Source: Laetmonice hystrix | Taxonomy: Eukaryota | Assembly: GCA_965235115.1 (NCBI GenBank) | Contig: OZ249436.1 | Span: forward strand, 23,562,001 to 23,626,000 | Length of the DNA: 64,000 nucleotides | Reading direction: 5' to 3' | In this document: positions 51,653 through 63,647 of the stretch, in pieces | Layout of the letters: each line of letters starts with the position of its first letter | Position numbering within the stretch: the first letter of the stretch is position 1 | Notes under the pieces: generated by a model | What the model saw: the letters and a program-made list of their open reading frames with translations, nothing else | What the model was told of the DNA's origin: nothing | Databases searched by the model: none | Made by a program: the position numbers and the translations under genes

Positions 51653-52625
51653 ATTTGCGTCATACATGCATAATTATCGAAAAATGACGGACCTAAATTT
51701 ATCAATTTAACATTGAATTCGATAGAAAATATCAGCCACCAGATGTCCTGACTGTTCGCAGTTAGATATGAGCAAGTTAAAAAGGCATTGCTTCTGACAC
51801 TGGTTGAAAGAGACTATAGCCTGTGCCAGAACTCTCCATTCCATATACTACTCACACAATTTTGTTTCAAAGTTGCAAAATTTCGAAAGTTTAAGGTGAC
51901 GTATCTAGGTCAAATTAGGTCATAGCCCTTATCCTTTGATGTTTCATGTAAAGCTCCCCCTAGAGACACAGTCTGCTAAAAATTATGAAACTTTCACAAA
52001 AACTGAGGAAGGAGATAGGATTTAAGCATTTTTCGAACTATGACCTACTTTTTAATTAGGTCAAAGGTCAATGGTCAAAATAATTAGAAAAAGTAGAGGG
52101 GTGTATTGGTCAATTACTGTGGTATGAAACGTTTCTAGAAACTCTTATGCATGACCTCAAAAATTGAGTTTTTTGCAAAAGGAAAATTACGTCATGACGT
52201 CATGACGTGACGTCATATGACGTCATCCTTCTACAGGTCCATTCTCTCTACCACTGTGAATGTGCCTACCAAGTTTCATTAGGATATCTTTATAAATGAC
52301 TGAGATACACGTGCAAAGCCAACATCTACAACACCGGGAATAATAATAATAATAATAATACAGAAGACGAAACCATACAATTTTAAAATCCCATCCCCCA
52401 TGGGGGGGATGGGATAATAATACAGAAGACGAAACCATACAATTTTAAAATCCCATCCCCCATGGGGGGGATGGGATAATAATGTAAGTGACCATTTACC
52501 TATATATATTATCAAAAAAAGAAAACATATTAAGAGAGGGAAAGAAAATATTTATTGTAGAACTTATAAACATTACAAAAAAAAATTATTTCAGGAACAA
52601 CTGAGAAATCTGGATTGGACTACTC

Positions 52626-53686
52626 GGAGACTATTACTCAAAAAATGTAGAGTATGCCAAGCTATCTCGGGATACCACGAGTGCAACAGTCATAGAATTT
52701 CTAAAAGAACAGTTCGCCAGGTATGGCATCCCGGAGCAATTCATATCAGATGGTGGGGCCCAATACGACTCAAAAGAATTCAACACATTTGCAACCAACT
52801 ATGGTTTTACACACATCAAGTCATCACCAGAATACCCATAAAGCAACGGATTTGCTGAGAGTCAAGAGAAAATCCTCAAAAACATCATGAAAAAGGCTAA
52901 ACACTCTCACCCAGACGTACACTTGAATGGCGGAACACACCAATAGAAGGGCTAGGCTCACCAGCCCAAGTCCTACATAGCAGACGCTTAAGAGCCAAAC
53001 ACAACTTGAAACCGAAACCTGTGATGGTTAACTTGTCGGATGTATTGGAACAAAAAGCACAACAGAAGCTAAACTATGACAGGAACGCCTTGCACAAGGA
53101 AAGAAAGGATCTCCAAGTCGGCGAAAAGGTGCGAATGAGAACCACAGCTGGTTGGATCCCGGCCAACGTGACACAGGTCGGACCCAACCCGCGTTCATAT
53201 CTTGTGAAGAAAGGCAATAGGACATATCGGCGCAACAGAAGAGATATACTCTCAACCAATACACCACCAAATCGCATAGTAGTTGCTGAAGACTATGATG
53301 GCAACGATACAAACCAACAACAACCCCAGAATGAGAACCTTGACAACAGACCCCAACCAGAAGTGTTGCATACCAAACAGCATGACAGAAATCACACAGA
53401 GCCCTACCAAAACCAAAACAGGTTCAGTGTTAAAAGGTACACTAGAAGCGGTCGAGAAGTGAAACCCCCTCATGGGTTTAAATAAACCTCTATGGTTACT
53501 GGTAACATAGCTTAGGGTAGAAAACACACGACACTGATTTTCTTCAATATAGAGTTTAATTAAAACGGTTTATGTAACTAGTCTAGTTAAGAATCCCTAT
53601 TTAAAGGAAGGAGATGTAACAGGAAGTGTTTAGTATAGTGAGACCTGAATAAAAAAAATAGCAGTAACTACAATATGGCGTACGAG
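52626..53686 (+). mobile_element. 3' fragment of a third Gypsy element (integrase, PPT, short LTR, PBS-like motif)
   Basis: DYYSK, FARYGIPEQFISDGGAQY, SNGFAES, PRSY...YRRNRR, TRSGREVKPP; AAAGGAAGGAGA|TGTAAC...ACTACA then TGGCGTACGAG. Confidence 0.85.
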
Positions 53687-53699
53687 TTAAACACATAAA

Positions 53700-55575
53700 G
53701 TTAAGGCTCGGGCCGACGCTGCATATCAATTCCTCGGGCAAACCTGCGCGACACTTGGGTTAGAACTTGCCCTTGATAAATGTGCCCCTCCTTATCAGAC
53801 ACAAGAATGGCGAGGCTTCACTGTTTACACAAAGACAATGACAGTACACATCCCACAAGACAAGTTGGAGGCTGTCCTTTCTGACTCTAAAGTTTGGGAA
53901 ACTAAACAAACAGCAACTCACAAGGACATACAATGCCTGGCAAGAAGACTACAACACATTAGTAAATGTGTAGTTCAAGAGTCTTGTCTGCTCTACGTAA
54001 AACACTGAACACCGGCGTGTACACATAGACAAGCATTTCCGACGGGACGTGAGATGGTTTTCACGTTTTGCGGCAGAATAAAAGGGTGTACTGCTCGTCG
54101 ACCCTGAGCTTCCCCCTTTCCACATAGAATGTGACTCCTGCCTCGAAGCCGGGGGCGGGTTTTCAGAGCTGCGATTTATATGGGAATACACACACAAGAA
54201 CGCTGAAACCGCGTCCCAAATATACACCAACATCCTCATGGCAATCAAGACTCTGCTGCCACCTGGAACAAGCGGGAAGTTGATTACAGTAAAGACGGAC
54301 AATATGGCATTCAGCTATGCGCTCGTGACCTGAAGAACAAGAGACCACATCTTAGCTCGGTGTGCCAGAGAGATCTGGTACATAGCACCGACAACAGATA
54401 ACCAGATCACCATCATACATACACCGGGGGAAGAACTGATTCTCGCTGATGCCCTCAGCAGGTGCCATAAAGACAAGAAGTACTAAGATACGGTGGATAA
54501 GATGTGTGGCGACCTCGGTCTCACAAAGATTGACCATGTCCCTCCCCAGAATATATTCACAGACAGCTTATAAACACTGATCCTGTTTCTCTAAATCGCA
54601 CTCATGCCATTATTTTTCAACATCATAACGATGAACGTGTTTGCTCTCCTTCAGATGACGGCGGTCTATACATGCAGATGTTAGCATCATATGACACTGC
54701 GACAAAAGAAGTTACAAAGAAAAACAGAACCAGGCAGGCAGACGTGTATATATTAGGTTCTGTCTCACTCATGGATTGGACTACCTCACCCCCCCCCCCC
54801 CCAGTTTTTACCACTTCGCTTTTCACACAATATTTGGCAAACTCTTTTAAAGAGACATGGCGAAACTATATCAGGCGCTAAGACATGTGTTCAAGCACAT
54901 GGTGGATCGACATCAGCTTTCGGATCGGCTCCGTTCCAGGCAGTCGTAAAAGGCACGGCTTGCTTATCTAACCATGTACCTCATCAGGCCCCGCCTATCT
55001 CACAAGATGTGATAAAAGTCATATGCGACTACATGGATCACCAAGGCAAATGCGGAGTCGTCATAAGGTCGGCTATCCTACTCGTATTTTACCTTCTCAA
55101 GACAGTGGAATGTTCTCAATACGACCGCAGAGCCTTGGGGAGGGGTTCATAGTCTCCTCCAGACGTCACGTCGGTCTATGCCAGAAGGGCGCATATGTTA
55201 CTGTGCATTCATCAAAAACGACATCAAGGCAGGAGCCTCCTATAGTACTCTTCATCCTAAGATGTCTTCATCCAGATACTGCCCCCTGCAGGCATATGCG
55301 CTAAATGTGCCGACCATCACATGAACCTGCGTTCACACTACGCCCGGCGCCCCTCTCACTGCTCAGACAACGATTGGGGCCATCAGGGCGGCTGGGCATA
55401 ATAATCCTAGTGGCCTCACCTTACATGGATTACGGCGGTGTAGCTAGTGTAGCTGGAGGAGCGACCCTCGAAGACATCGTGCCACAGGTTTTTGGCGTTC
55501 GGATTCAGTATATAACTATTTTCCGCGCTCAGTCTTCTCATCTGCCCCATCGGCGCTAGCTACATTTGGCCATTA
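53700..55575 (+). mobile_element. Decayed tyrosine-recombinase retrotransposon (DIRS/Ngaro-like): RT tail, RNase H, YR
   Basis: LGLELALDK...IPQDKL, IECDSCLEAGGG, VKTDNM, ILADALSR; then YR-like HGLR..G and FWRSDSVYNYF, with many frameshifts. Confidence 0.75.
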
Positions 55576-55584
55576 ATTATCTAA

Positions 55585-56010
55585 AGCTGGGTTTATACTT
55601 TTGACGCCGTTGCCCGCCATTATACGCCAGCATACGCACGCAGCCGGCGGCTGCCCGCGTTCGCCAGCGCATAGGTTTATAGTTTCCACGCCGGCGAGTA
55701 CACACCGTATAACGGCGCATGTCGGCATAACATTTTCCAGAGTTCAACTGTACTTTCAAGATGTGCGCTGGGATACGGCGGCAATTCAGCCAATCGAAAG
55801 TAGCCAAATTAGGTCAAATTACGATTTCACCGCAGAGCCTTGAGGATATGTCGGCGCTTGCGAGCGTTTGCGTGCGTGAGTTTAGACTTGGGGGAGTGAC
55901 GCTAGACATGCGGTCAGGTCTGCCGGCACTCCCTAGTTGACGCCGCCAACCGGCATAGGGTATGCTCGCGTATTACTGCGGCCGACGGCGTCAAAAGTAT
56001 AAACCTAGCT
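55585..56010. mobile_element. Harbinger-like MITE
   Basis: TAA|AGCTGGGTTTATACTTTTGACGCCG ... CGGCGTCAAAAGTATAAACCTAGCT|TTA. Confidence 0.85.
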
Positions 56011-56168
56011 TTATGCTGCAGGCGCCGACGTGTTGTTTGTTATATTGTTTAATAAAGTTGCCAATTTATTTTATGTATTCATCCTCACTTAATTACTAGT
56101 TTAAGTAATTTAAATCCCAAGATACACTGAAACCTCTCATGAATGTTCTATTCTAACCTTTCCTCCAG

Positions 56169-56240
56169 GGTTGGACGGTCCTCCTGGTATAATTGGAGAG
56201 AGAGGTCGTCCGGGACGAAACGGAGCACAAGGAAATCCAG
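56169..56240 (+). CDS. Collagen exon, 72 bp (GLDGPPGII...GAQGNP); 3' boundary uncertain
   Basis: cctccag|GG ... CCA G|gtcagg; 8 triplets. Gly-X-Y-like sequence continues out of frame to ~56266. Confidence 0.8.
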
Positions 56241-56612
56241 GTCAGGAGGCCTTCAAGGCCCACCGGTTGATTAATAATCTAACTAATATGTAATTGGTCA
56301 ATTCTCACGTATCGTCGACAAATGGGTTCCAAGGTTGTCAACGGAAAATTAAAATATATCATTTATCATTTTAGTCACATAAAGACAACATATTGGCGCA
56401 ATCGTCAGAGAATTTTGGCACACTAACTCTGAAAATTAACTATGTGAAAAACATCTGCAGTTGTCATTCACTTTACATGCATGAAACTGAGCGTTTGCAC
56501 GTTAAGTAAATTTATGAAGTCAAAAACTCAGAGAGGAGGATGGTGTTGTAGGTTACATTTTATTATCCCATTGGATGTTGTTCTTATGTGCGTTCGTCTT
56601 CTCTATTTTTTT

Positions 56613-57839
56613 TTATCCCTTCCCCCGATAGGGGAAGGGATCTTGAAATTGTCTGGTTTCGTCTTCCTTCTTTTTATGCCTGTAGTAGTAGTAGTAGTAG
56701 TAAACCTATACGTATATTTCAGTCATTTTTCAAGATATCTCAATGAAACTTGGGATACGTCTTGACGATGACAAACTCTGATCTCATGGTGCGTCACGAC
56801 GTCACGTGACGTCACGTCATGACGTCATGACGTGAACCGTGTTTTTGTACATTTAGGCCATTTTTGAACCTCATCTTGGGAATTTCCAAAACCCGTCATG
56901 GTGTTTTAGTCAGGCAAGGGTGTTGCATAAGTCTGACCCTTCATTTGACCTTTGACCTTTGAACTTAGGCAGACCTGGTCCCTATCTCACAAATCGCTTA
57001 AATGGTTACTCCTTCACCATTTTTTGATAAATATTGACAATATTTGGCAGAAGTATTCTCTCGGGGGATCTCCACCAGATTGCAAGGCGGATAAGTGATT
57101 TGACCTATTTTCGCTGAACCACGTGACCTGAAAGTTTTGAACTTGGGCTTGACTTGGGTCATTTGGAAGATTCTGTGCTGTAGCTCGAGAATGACTTGAG
57201 ACAGAGACATAATTTTTACTAAACCTTATATAGATTTATGTCCTCTTTGATTTGGTGCCATATTTTTTGTGCCACGTGACTTATGACGTCATCTAGAACG
57301 TCATCTACAACGTCGTCTCTTCATTAATTTGGGGCACTTCTCATGTACGGGACGATAAGCTCTGCCCTTTAATATTTACACGGTGTGGACTTTAAACTGT
57401 CTACTTTAAGATATTATAAATTTCAATTGGCAAAATATATAATTAACAATACGGAGATCAGTTATATAAGAGAAGGTCGTGAAGAGAGACAGGCAATTTG
57501 ACCACTGATCGAGTGACCTAGAAACCTGGTTTCGTGAGTGATGTCAGGGCCTCGCTCGGTGTCCGCGTGAAGGGGCCGACTGAGGACGCTGAGCCTATCG
57601 GCCTCTGTATTAATAAGTATATATTATTTCTGCCTAAAACTATGCGGAGTACTTCAGGTACATATTTAGCTCAATATTCAATTCTCGGCTAGAGGTAGGG
57701 TACTCATAGTTTAAGGTTGGCATTCTCGTTTATGTGAAACCTATTGACCTGCATTTATTGCTGATGTTATTCTTTATTGTATAAGGCATATGGGAAGGTA
57801 TAAGGTAGCTGGATTGTTGCATTTAGCTTTAACATCTAG
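56613..57839 (+). mobile_element. HINE-like element
   Basis: Head hairpin ATCCCTTCCCC-CGATA-GGGGAAGGGAT, (GTA)n, TGACGTCA cluster, 3' GGGAAGGTAT...CTAG. Confidence 0.7.
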
Positions 57840-60800
57840 TATTGAGCCATCCAAAAAAACTTAACATGCTGTAGAAACCTTGACTGTTATCAAAATGTCA
57901 GTGGTGTGGTGTTCCCAGCACCACTGTCACACCACTGACGCGTAACACCACTGACATTTTATATTAAAATAATGACTGCTTCTGACCTTTGACCATGTCA
58001 TCAAGGTTAATTGTGTTTTGACACAAGGCTACACTTACTTAATCTGCACATGTAATTTCTTAAGAATGTCTGGTATAATAAGGGTGATATTAAGGTAACA
58101 CTACTGACACCTAATTAAAATACTCAAGAGACTTGACCAATATAATTCTATTTTTTTTAAAACTTGTAAAACTTCGCTAACTGTTTCACGTGTGTCTGTG
58201 GCCAGGAAGTCGTACCGCCCTCTGGTGTTGAAAAATGGAACTTCAGGGATTAGTCATTATCTCATATGTCAGATCTAGTGTCTGATAACACCACTGACAA
58301 AAAATGCTGTGACGGCTGTTGTAGTGTAATTTTTCAGAGAATAACGTGTATGATCAATATTTTTCTTGACGGGTCACGACGGTTCGTCGCTGTGGCAATG
58401 AGTGCCCTGCAACAGCCTGCGGCGGTCGCAGACGTTCTGACAGTGCCAGAACCTCTGCGACCATCGCAAGACTCCATTCTATCCTGTGTAGATGAGCTGG
58501 GGTCAAAAACTGGGTCACAACGGTCGCGTCGCAAGGAGTTGCAAGCAGTCGCAGTGTGTGTGTTGGCCTTAAGTGAAAGTGTGCTGGCTGCCTGGATCTA
58601 TGCTGCCGTGCAATGACAAAAAGAAAGCAAATCCAACTTTCATCAAAATCTCAGTCACATGACAGAAGGAAGCACGTCCATCCAGGTGCAGTGTAGAGAC
58701 AACTTGTTTATGTCCTTTTCTCGAAACTTGAACTTTTGGACTTGCTTCCTTTTGTCATTTCACGGCGGTATAGTATAGTACCCGTGGTCGGTGTGCACGT
58801 CAAACAACTGCCACTTAGCCAAGATGCGGCAGTGATACCTTTTTAAACTTTACACACTGAAGAATATCAAAATAATATCTTCACTTTAAAATCAAAAGAA
58901 TATTTTTGAACCACCGACAGGAAACTACTGTGGCCCAGAATGATACAACTGCCAAACCTGCAAACCTCACTCTATTTGTTAATCCCTCGATTTGACACCC
59001 AAATCCCTGATTCGGACTTTGAAACCTTCGTTTTGTTAACCTGAATCTTCAATGTGACTTCAGAATTCCCACATAACGCTATACTTGTTAGAAAAGGGAA
59101 CTGTGGCTCTTTCTAATCATATAGGATTTGTTTTGATTTGTTTGACAGTTTAAGTGTGACAACAGAGTTAATTTGAAGTAAATACTTATGTATACCTGGC
59201 CCGTCTTTTGCAGTGACGCTGGTAATGTAGGTCACTCATCACGGTGGAATTAGCCACTTGTCTCCACTTTCCTTTTATAATTGCTCTATGTGTTGTTAAT
59301 TATACATTTTACTACCTGAAATTTATAACCTGTAAAGTAGACAGTTTGAAGCCCCTACCCTGTAAATATGAAAGGCCCTGGGCTTATAGTTATATCACTG
59401 AAAAAATAGGGATGACATCCTTATAAATGACGTCACAGGTCACATGGCTCCAACTTTAACCATTTACAAGTTATAGGCCTGCGAAGATATCAATGACATC
59501 CTTATAACGTCACAGCTCACGTGACCTCAAAGATAATGGTGTCAAACAAATGAGCATGTGACTTCCTATTCGTGTTCACCTTTAACTATGGCGCTAACTT
59601 CTACCATTTACAAGTTATAGCCCTGAGAGAATATTGCTGACATCGTTACGACATCTCATCTCCTTTGAGGTTTTAGGGCAGAGTGGCAGCCTATAAATGG
59701 ATTATATATGCCTACAGCCTACATGTAGGCTTCTATGGTGAAGAAATGGTGTTGGGACAATAGATTTACATCGACCATAGCTATAATTTTTATAGGAGAG
59801 TTTAATGGACCCCTAATTGGTGAGGTATTAAATTAGGCTTAGCAGAATGGAATGCCCCATCATTCACTGACGGACACCAGGCCAGTAGCCAGGTTTGTTT
59901 GCAGGGGAGGGTGGGGTGAAACTTCTGGGTATGGTGGGTGGATCTGAGAAGGGTGGGGTGGAACTTTTTGTGTCTGGCAGGGGTGATCGCCTGACCCCTT
60001 CCCCCGGCTACGGGCCTGGATACGTTCAATTATTTTATAAAGTGTACAGCAACAGGTCGTCTTGTTAAAATGCCCTGCTAATCTGAACTACAACAGTCTT
60101 GACACACACAGTCAACTCAATGTCTTTCCTCCATAATAATGTCAGCGAGGTACACTACTAATTCCCCACCCAAATAGTTGGCTTCTTTAGACTGGTATTT
60201 TAGAAATTCTCAACACCAGACAACTTTTGTTAAAACTACATATTTTATATGCTTAGCAAACAGCTCGTGATACAATTGTTTTCCATACAGTCTGTGCCCG
60301 CAGTTGTAGGCCCTGACACAACGTTTATACATGGTCTTGGTCCTGTCAGTCATGGTCTCAGGCCACTGGTGCTGTTCCGGTAGTAAAACTTCCTCCCCGT
60401 AAATAAATTGGCCTTAGCCATATTGACCAATTCAGAAACGGGCAGCTAAGTAAGAGACTATACAGTATACAGTAGTACAGTAGGCCTAATCTAGTTTTTG
60501 GTCGACACCAAGGCGCGGAGGGGGGGATTCGAATGGTTCGTACTACACCAACCCCCTCCTCCTCCCCCACCAAAACAAAATAAGGAAAGAAAGAAAGTGA
60601 AACACTCACAGGCATGATACAATTCCGAAAATTGCACCAAATATTGTCTATAGTCGCCAAATTACCCACCTGAGATCCGGATTCCATACACTCTTTTTCT
60701 CTAAAAATGTTGAGGTCACTTCGTAACAGATTTGCGTGAGCCCCGCATTTGTATCATTCAACCGCAAGTATGGTAAATAATCCATACAGAAGTGAGTTGA

Positions 60801-61266
60801 ACCAAAACCATATTACAACTTATAGTCATATAAATATGGGTATTGGGCATTTTCATGTTTAAACTTCATGGAATATCTAGGAATATTCCTTTAAAATGCC
60901 TTTATTTTTCTCAGAAATCGACGTAAATTCCTTTAAATTCCTTTATTTAAAAAAACCTTTAAATTCCTTTTTTGGGAGGGTGGTATGATGCCTGCACTCA
61001 CTTAAGCTGTGGAATCGCTTCAGCACCAATTAATATTGTTGCTAAGATACTACTTCTCAGACATGACAACAACCACCATCGGGCGCTCGGCGGCAAAAAT
61101 GGAGAATGCTCTATTAAATTTACCATCTTCTCTTTTTAGTATTTATAAATTTCACCATACCAATGAAAGTCCAATAGATTACAACTCCTGGATCCAGGCA
61201 GGTATGCTTTATGCTTTTAAAGGAGTCTTCAGCATTTATCCTTGGCCTCCATTACTTTTGTTCCAG

Positions 61267-61410
61267 GGTCACCTGGGTTTGGTGGATCGACTGGAGCCAC
61301 AGGTTCGCCTGGATTTCCAGGACGCCCGGGTATTGACGGTTTTCCTGGAAGTCTCGGCAGGACTGGAGGAACAGGCCTCCCAGGAGGCCCTGGTTTCCCA
61401 GGCCGCGATG
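61267..61410 (+). CDS. Collagen exon, 144 bp (GSPGFGGST...GFPGRD)
   Basis: ttccag|GG ... GAT G|gtatg; 16 triplets. Confidence 0.95.
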
Positions 61411-61658
61411 GTATGTCTGCCCCACTGTCTGTCTCTCCCTGCCTTGATCCATATCTCTGCTCGTCTGATTCTTACTGTATCCTAGTCGAAATCTTTCTCA
61501 GTCTGTCTCTTCTATTATACTGTGTCCACTTGGCCAATCCATTTTTTCTCCATTAATCACCAGTGGTCAATCGTTCAAATGGTGTATAGATGCGGGCTTA
61601 CCCTGAACAGCAAAATATAATAGTTAACGTGCACCTAACCATTGTTGGTTCCTTCCAG

Positions 61659-61883
61659 GGCGCACTGGTGCAGTTGGCATCCCAGGACCACGTGGGTTCC
61701 CGGGGTCACCAGGCCAAAACGGTTTTCCCGGCAGGACCGGCGCCACCGGCTTCCCTGGACCAGCCGGCATACCGGGCAGCCCCGGCCTTGATGGGGCGAC
61801 GGGCTTCCCGGGGATTCCCGGAAGTCCCGGCAGGCGGGGCAATGATGGTGATCCGGGGATTCTGGGAGCCACCGGGAATCCAG
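61659..61883 (+). CDS. Collagen exon, 225 bp (GRTGAVGIP...GATGNP)
   Basis: ttccag|GG ... CCA G|gtgag; 25 triplets. Confidence 0.95.
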
Positions 61884-62216
61884 GTGAGAGATGGCGTCAC
61901 GGCAAAAAATTAAAAATCCACTTCAACCAACCTAAAACTATTTAAAAGTCAGGTAAAGCATGTTTTCATAAATATATTAAGTATCCCTTTTATATTTACC
62001 ACTCTCGTATGAGTTGAAGAGTTTACTTTGGTAAAGATCACAACTATCACCGGTGATATTAAACCTTTCGTCACTGACCCCCATTTGTCAGTGACTTGCT
62101 TTAAAGTCGATTCTCTACGGCCACTACCAGTTAAACTGACCGCCTCTATAATAAAATTAGCTGTAGTGAAGCAACTCCCCCACAAAGAGAGAACATTATT
62201 GCCCCTCTGATGACAG

Positions 62217-62324
62217 GTTTCCCGGGGTCACCCGGCAGGCAAGGAGAACGAGGAGTATCAGAATTTGTCGGATCGCCTGGACCGGCTGGACTTCCCGGCA
62301 TCCCTGGTCAGCAGGGGGCCACTG
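62217..62324 (+). CDS. Collagen exon, 108 bp (GFPGSPGRQ...GQQGAT) with one Glu at a Gly position
   Basis: gacag|GT ... ACT G|gtatg; GAA at 62261-62263 where Gly is expected. Confidence 0.93.
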
Positions 62325-62615
62325 GTATGTTAAGAGCCTACTCATTACAATTCGACTGCAAGGGTTGCTTGTCTCGTCATCGTGTAACACTTTAATTTCT
62401 CTGCTTTTTGTGTAGTATTATCGAGTTTAAACAATGTGTGTTTCAGTTGTTTGACAGGCCCCGGTTATTGTGAGCTAATAAGCTAACACATACCTTGCCA
62501 GCATTGAGTTACCCGCAGTTTTTATTCTCCTTCACATCTCATTTTTAGTAATGTATGGACTTTCGTAATCAATCACAAAACACGTTTAATATGGGCTCTC
62601 TGGCTCGGTTTTAAG

Positions 62616-62732
62616 GGCTCCCCGGCATCCCAGGCCAACAAGGTGCTAGTGGTTTTGCTGGACAGTCAGGGTTCCCGGGTGAGAAGGGATCCAGGGGCTC
62701 GGACGGTGGGCCAGGCAGGCAGGGACTAACAG
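62616..62732 (+). CDS. Collagen exon, 117 bp (GLPGIPGQQ...GRQGLT)
   Basis: ttttaag|GG ... ACA G|gtgag; 13 triplets. Confidence 0.93.
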
Positions 62733-63018
62733 GTGAGAACGGGAACATTTTGTAGTCCAGGTTATTTCTATATTCATGAAAACAAGAAAGAAACATGACC
62801 TAATACATAAGAAGTCTTCGTGAAGAGTTAATTTTTGCTTAAGATGCACGATGCAAGATTTTGCTCATGTATACATGTTTGTATTTTGAAGTCTTCAGAA
62901 CAGTGATCCTCACTTCCTGTTCCCTGTTTTATGGACGAAGCTATCCATCACACTATAGGGAGCCCGACTTTGTTAGAATGTCAGGTGTTTCATCCTACCT
63001 GTCCGTGTTGTCTCTCAG

Positions 63019-63126
63019 GTGTTCCTGGCCAGCCAGGTGTGACTGGCGAGCCAGGCCAGAGTGGACAACAAGGGTTGCCAGGACGAGATGGTGCCACTGG
63101 TTTCACGGGCAGACCAGGCAGTCCAG
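63019..63126 (+). CDS. Collagen exon, 108 bp (GVPGQPGVT...GRPGSP)
   Basis: tctcag|GT ... CCA G|gtcag; 12 triplets. Confidence 0.95.
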
Positions 63127-63279
63127 GTCAGTACACCCATTACTCGAGAGACAAAGACTCTCGGAAGTGAACATAAATAAAATATCGCAGGAAATGCGAC
63201 ATGGCAATGTGAGGGTTTTTTTTCACTCTTAAGGTGCTTGCAACCTCCATTTCCTAATGGGTTCGTTTATTTTGCGTGT

Positions 63280-63647
63280 CTGACCTTCAAGCATGACAAA
63301 AACTATTTCTATAAAAAGGATAATTTGACCTATTTTTACTCAGTCACATGACCTCAAATTCTGGTTCTATGACCAGTTTCCCAGAAATCGGTCAAATCCC
63401 TGGAAGTTTTCAAGAGATGTTAATGATATTTGGTGGGCTTAAAGAGGGTGGAATGCTAATTCAAATTTATGGAAATTTTCTCCTGTGACGACACCGACGT
63501 CATCTACCTATTTGAAATAGGAGCATCCTACCTTCATAGTTGTGAGGCTCGATAGCAGATGTTTTCAGACATTAAACTAATTGGCTTTACCATAGTAATT
63601 ATTCATGGGGAATGGGATTAATGAGTCCTTTGAATCATGGCGTCTAG
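63280..63647 (+). mobile_element. 3' fragment of a HINE-like element
   Basis: Similar to 2700-2850; ends GGGGAATGGGAT...CTAG|TT. Confidence 0.6.

Larger units (their letters stand above)
44776..52479 (-). mobile_element. Double HINE-like (Helitron/Helentron) element: two heads and two bodies
   Basis: Two 62-bp hairpin heads (52360-52483) and (TTA)n; two near-identical bodies, each ending GGGGGATGGGAT + hairpin + CTAG (48824, 44776). No TSD; removal restores LINE ORF2 GCIEYNVSDH. Confidence 0.88.
40577..52625 (+). mobile_element. Decayed CR1/L2-like LINE: ORF1 (coiled coil, L1-type RRM, CTD, NADAR) and ORF2 endonuclease; RT missing
   Basis: ORF1 motifs RRQNIIIEGVPE, CHRFG, VFLNEDL. ORF2 motifs (Y)RPP, ILGDLN, TR, LIDVIF (44450-44775), continuing as NVSDHLPIY...LRNLDW at 52481-52620. 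Confidence 0.85.
4853..63126 (+). other. Multi-exon collagen gene, internal triple-helical part; 5' and 3' ends outside window
   Basis: 13 AG/GT-bounded exons that splice in phase 1 into a continuous Gly-X-Y frame of ~531 aa. No N- or C-terminal domains are visible, so collagen type cannot be assigned. Confidence 0.93.

Noticed and set aside
46180..51705. Repeated ORFs MRGHNMKTIDFRGA...
   Set aside because: By-products of a 258-bp (multiple of 3) satellite; no protein features
57540..57610. Hammerhead-like CTGAGGA within a hairpin
   Set aside because: No GAAA core at the required position after stem II
61624..61872. Minus-strand PG-rich ORF
   Set aside because: Antisense shadow of the 225-bp collagen exon; splice signals support the + strand
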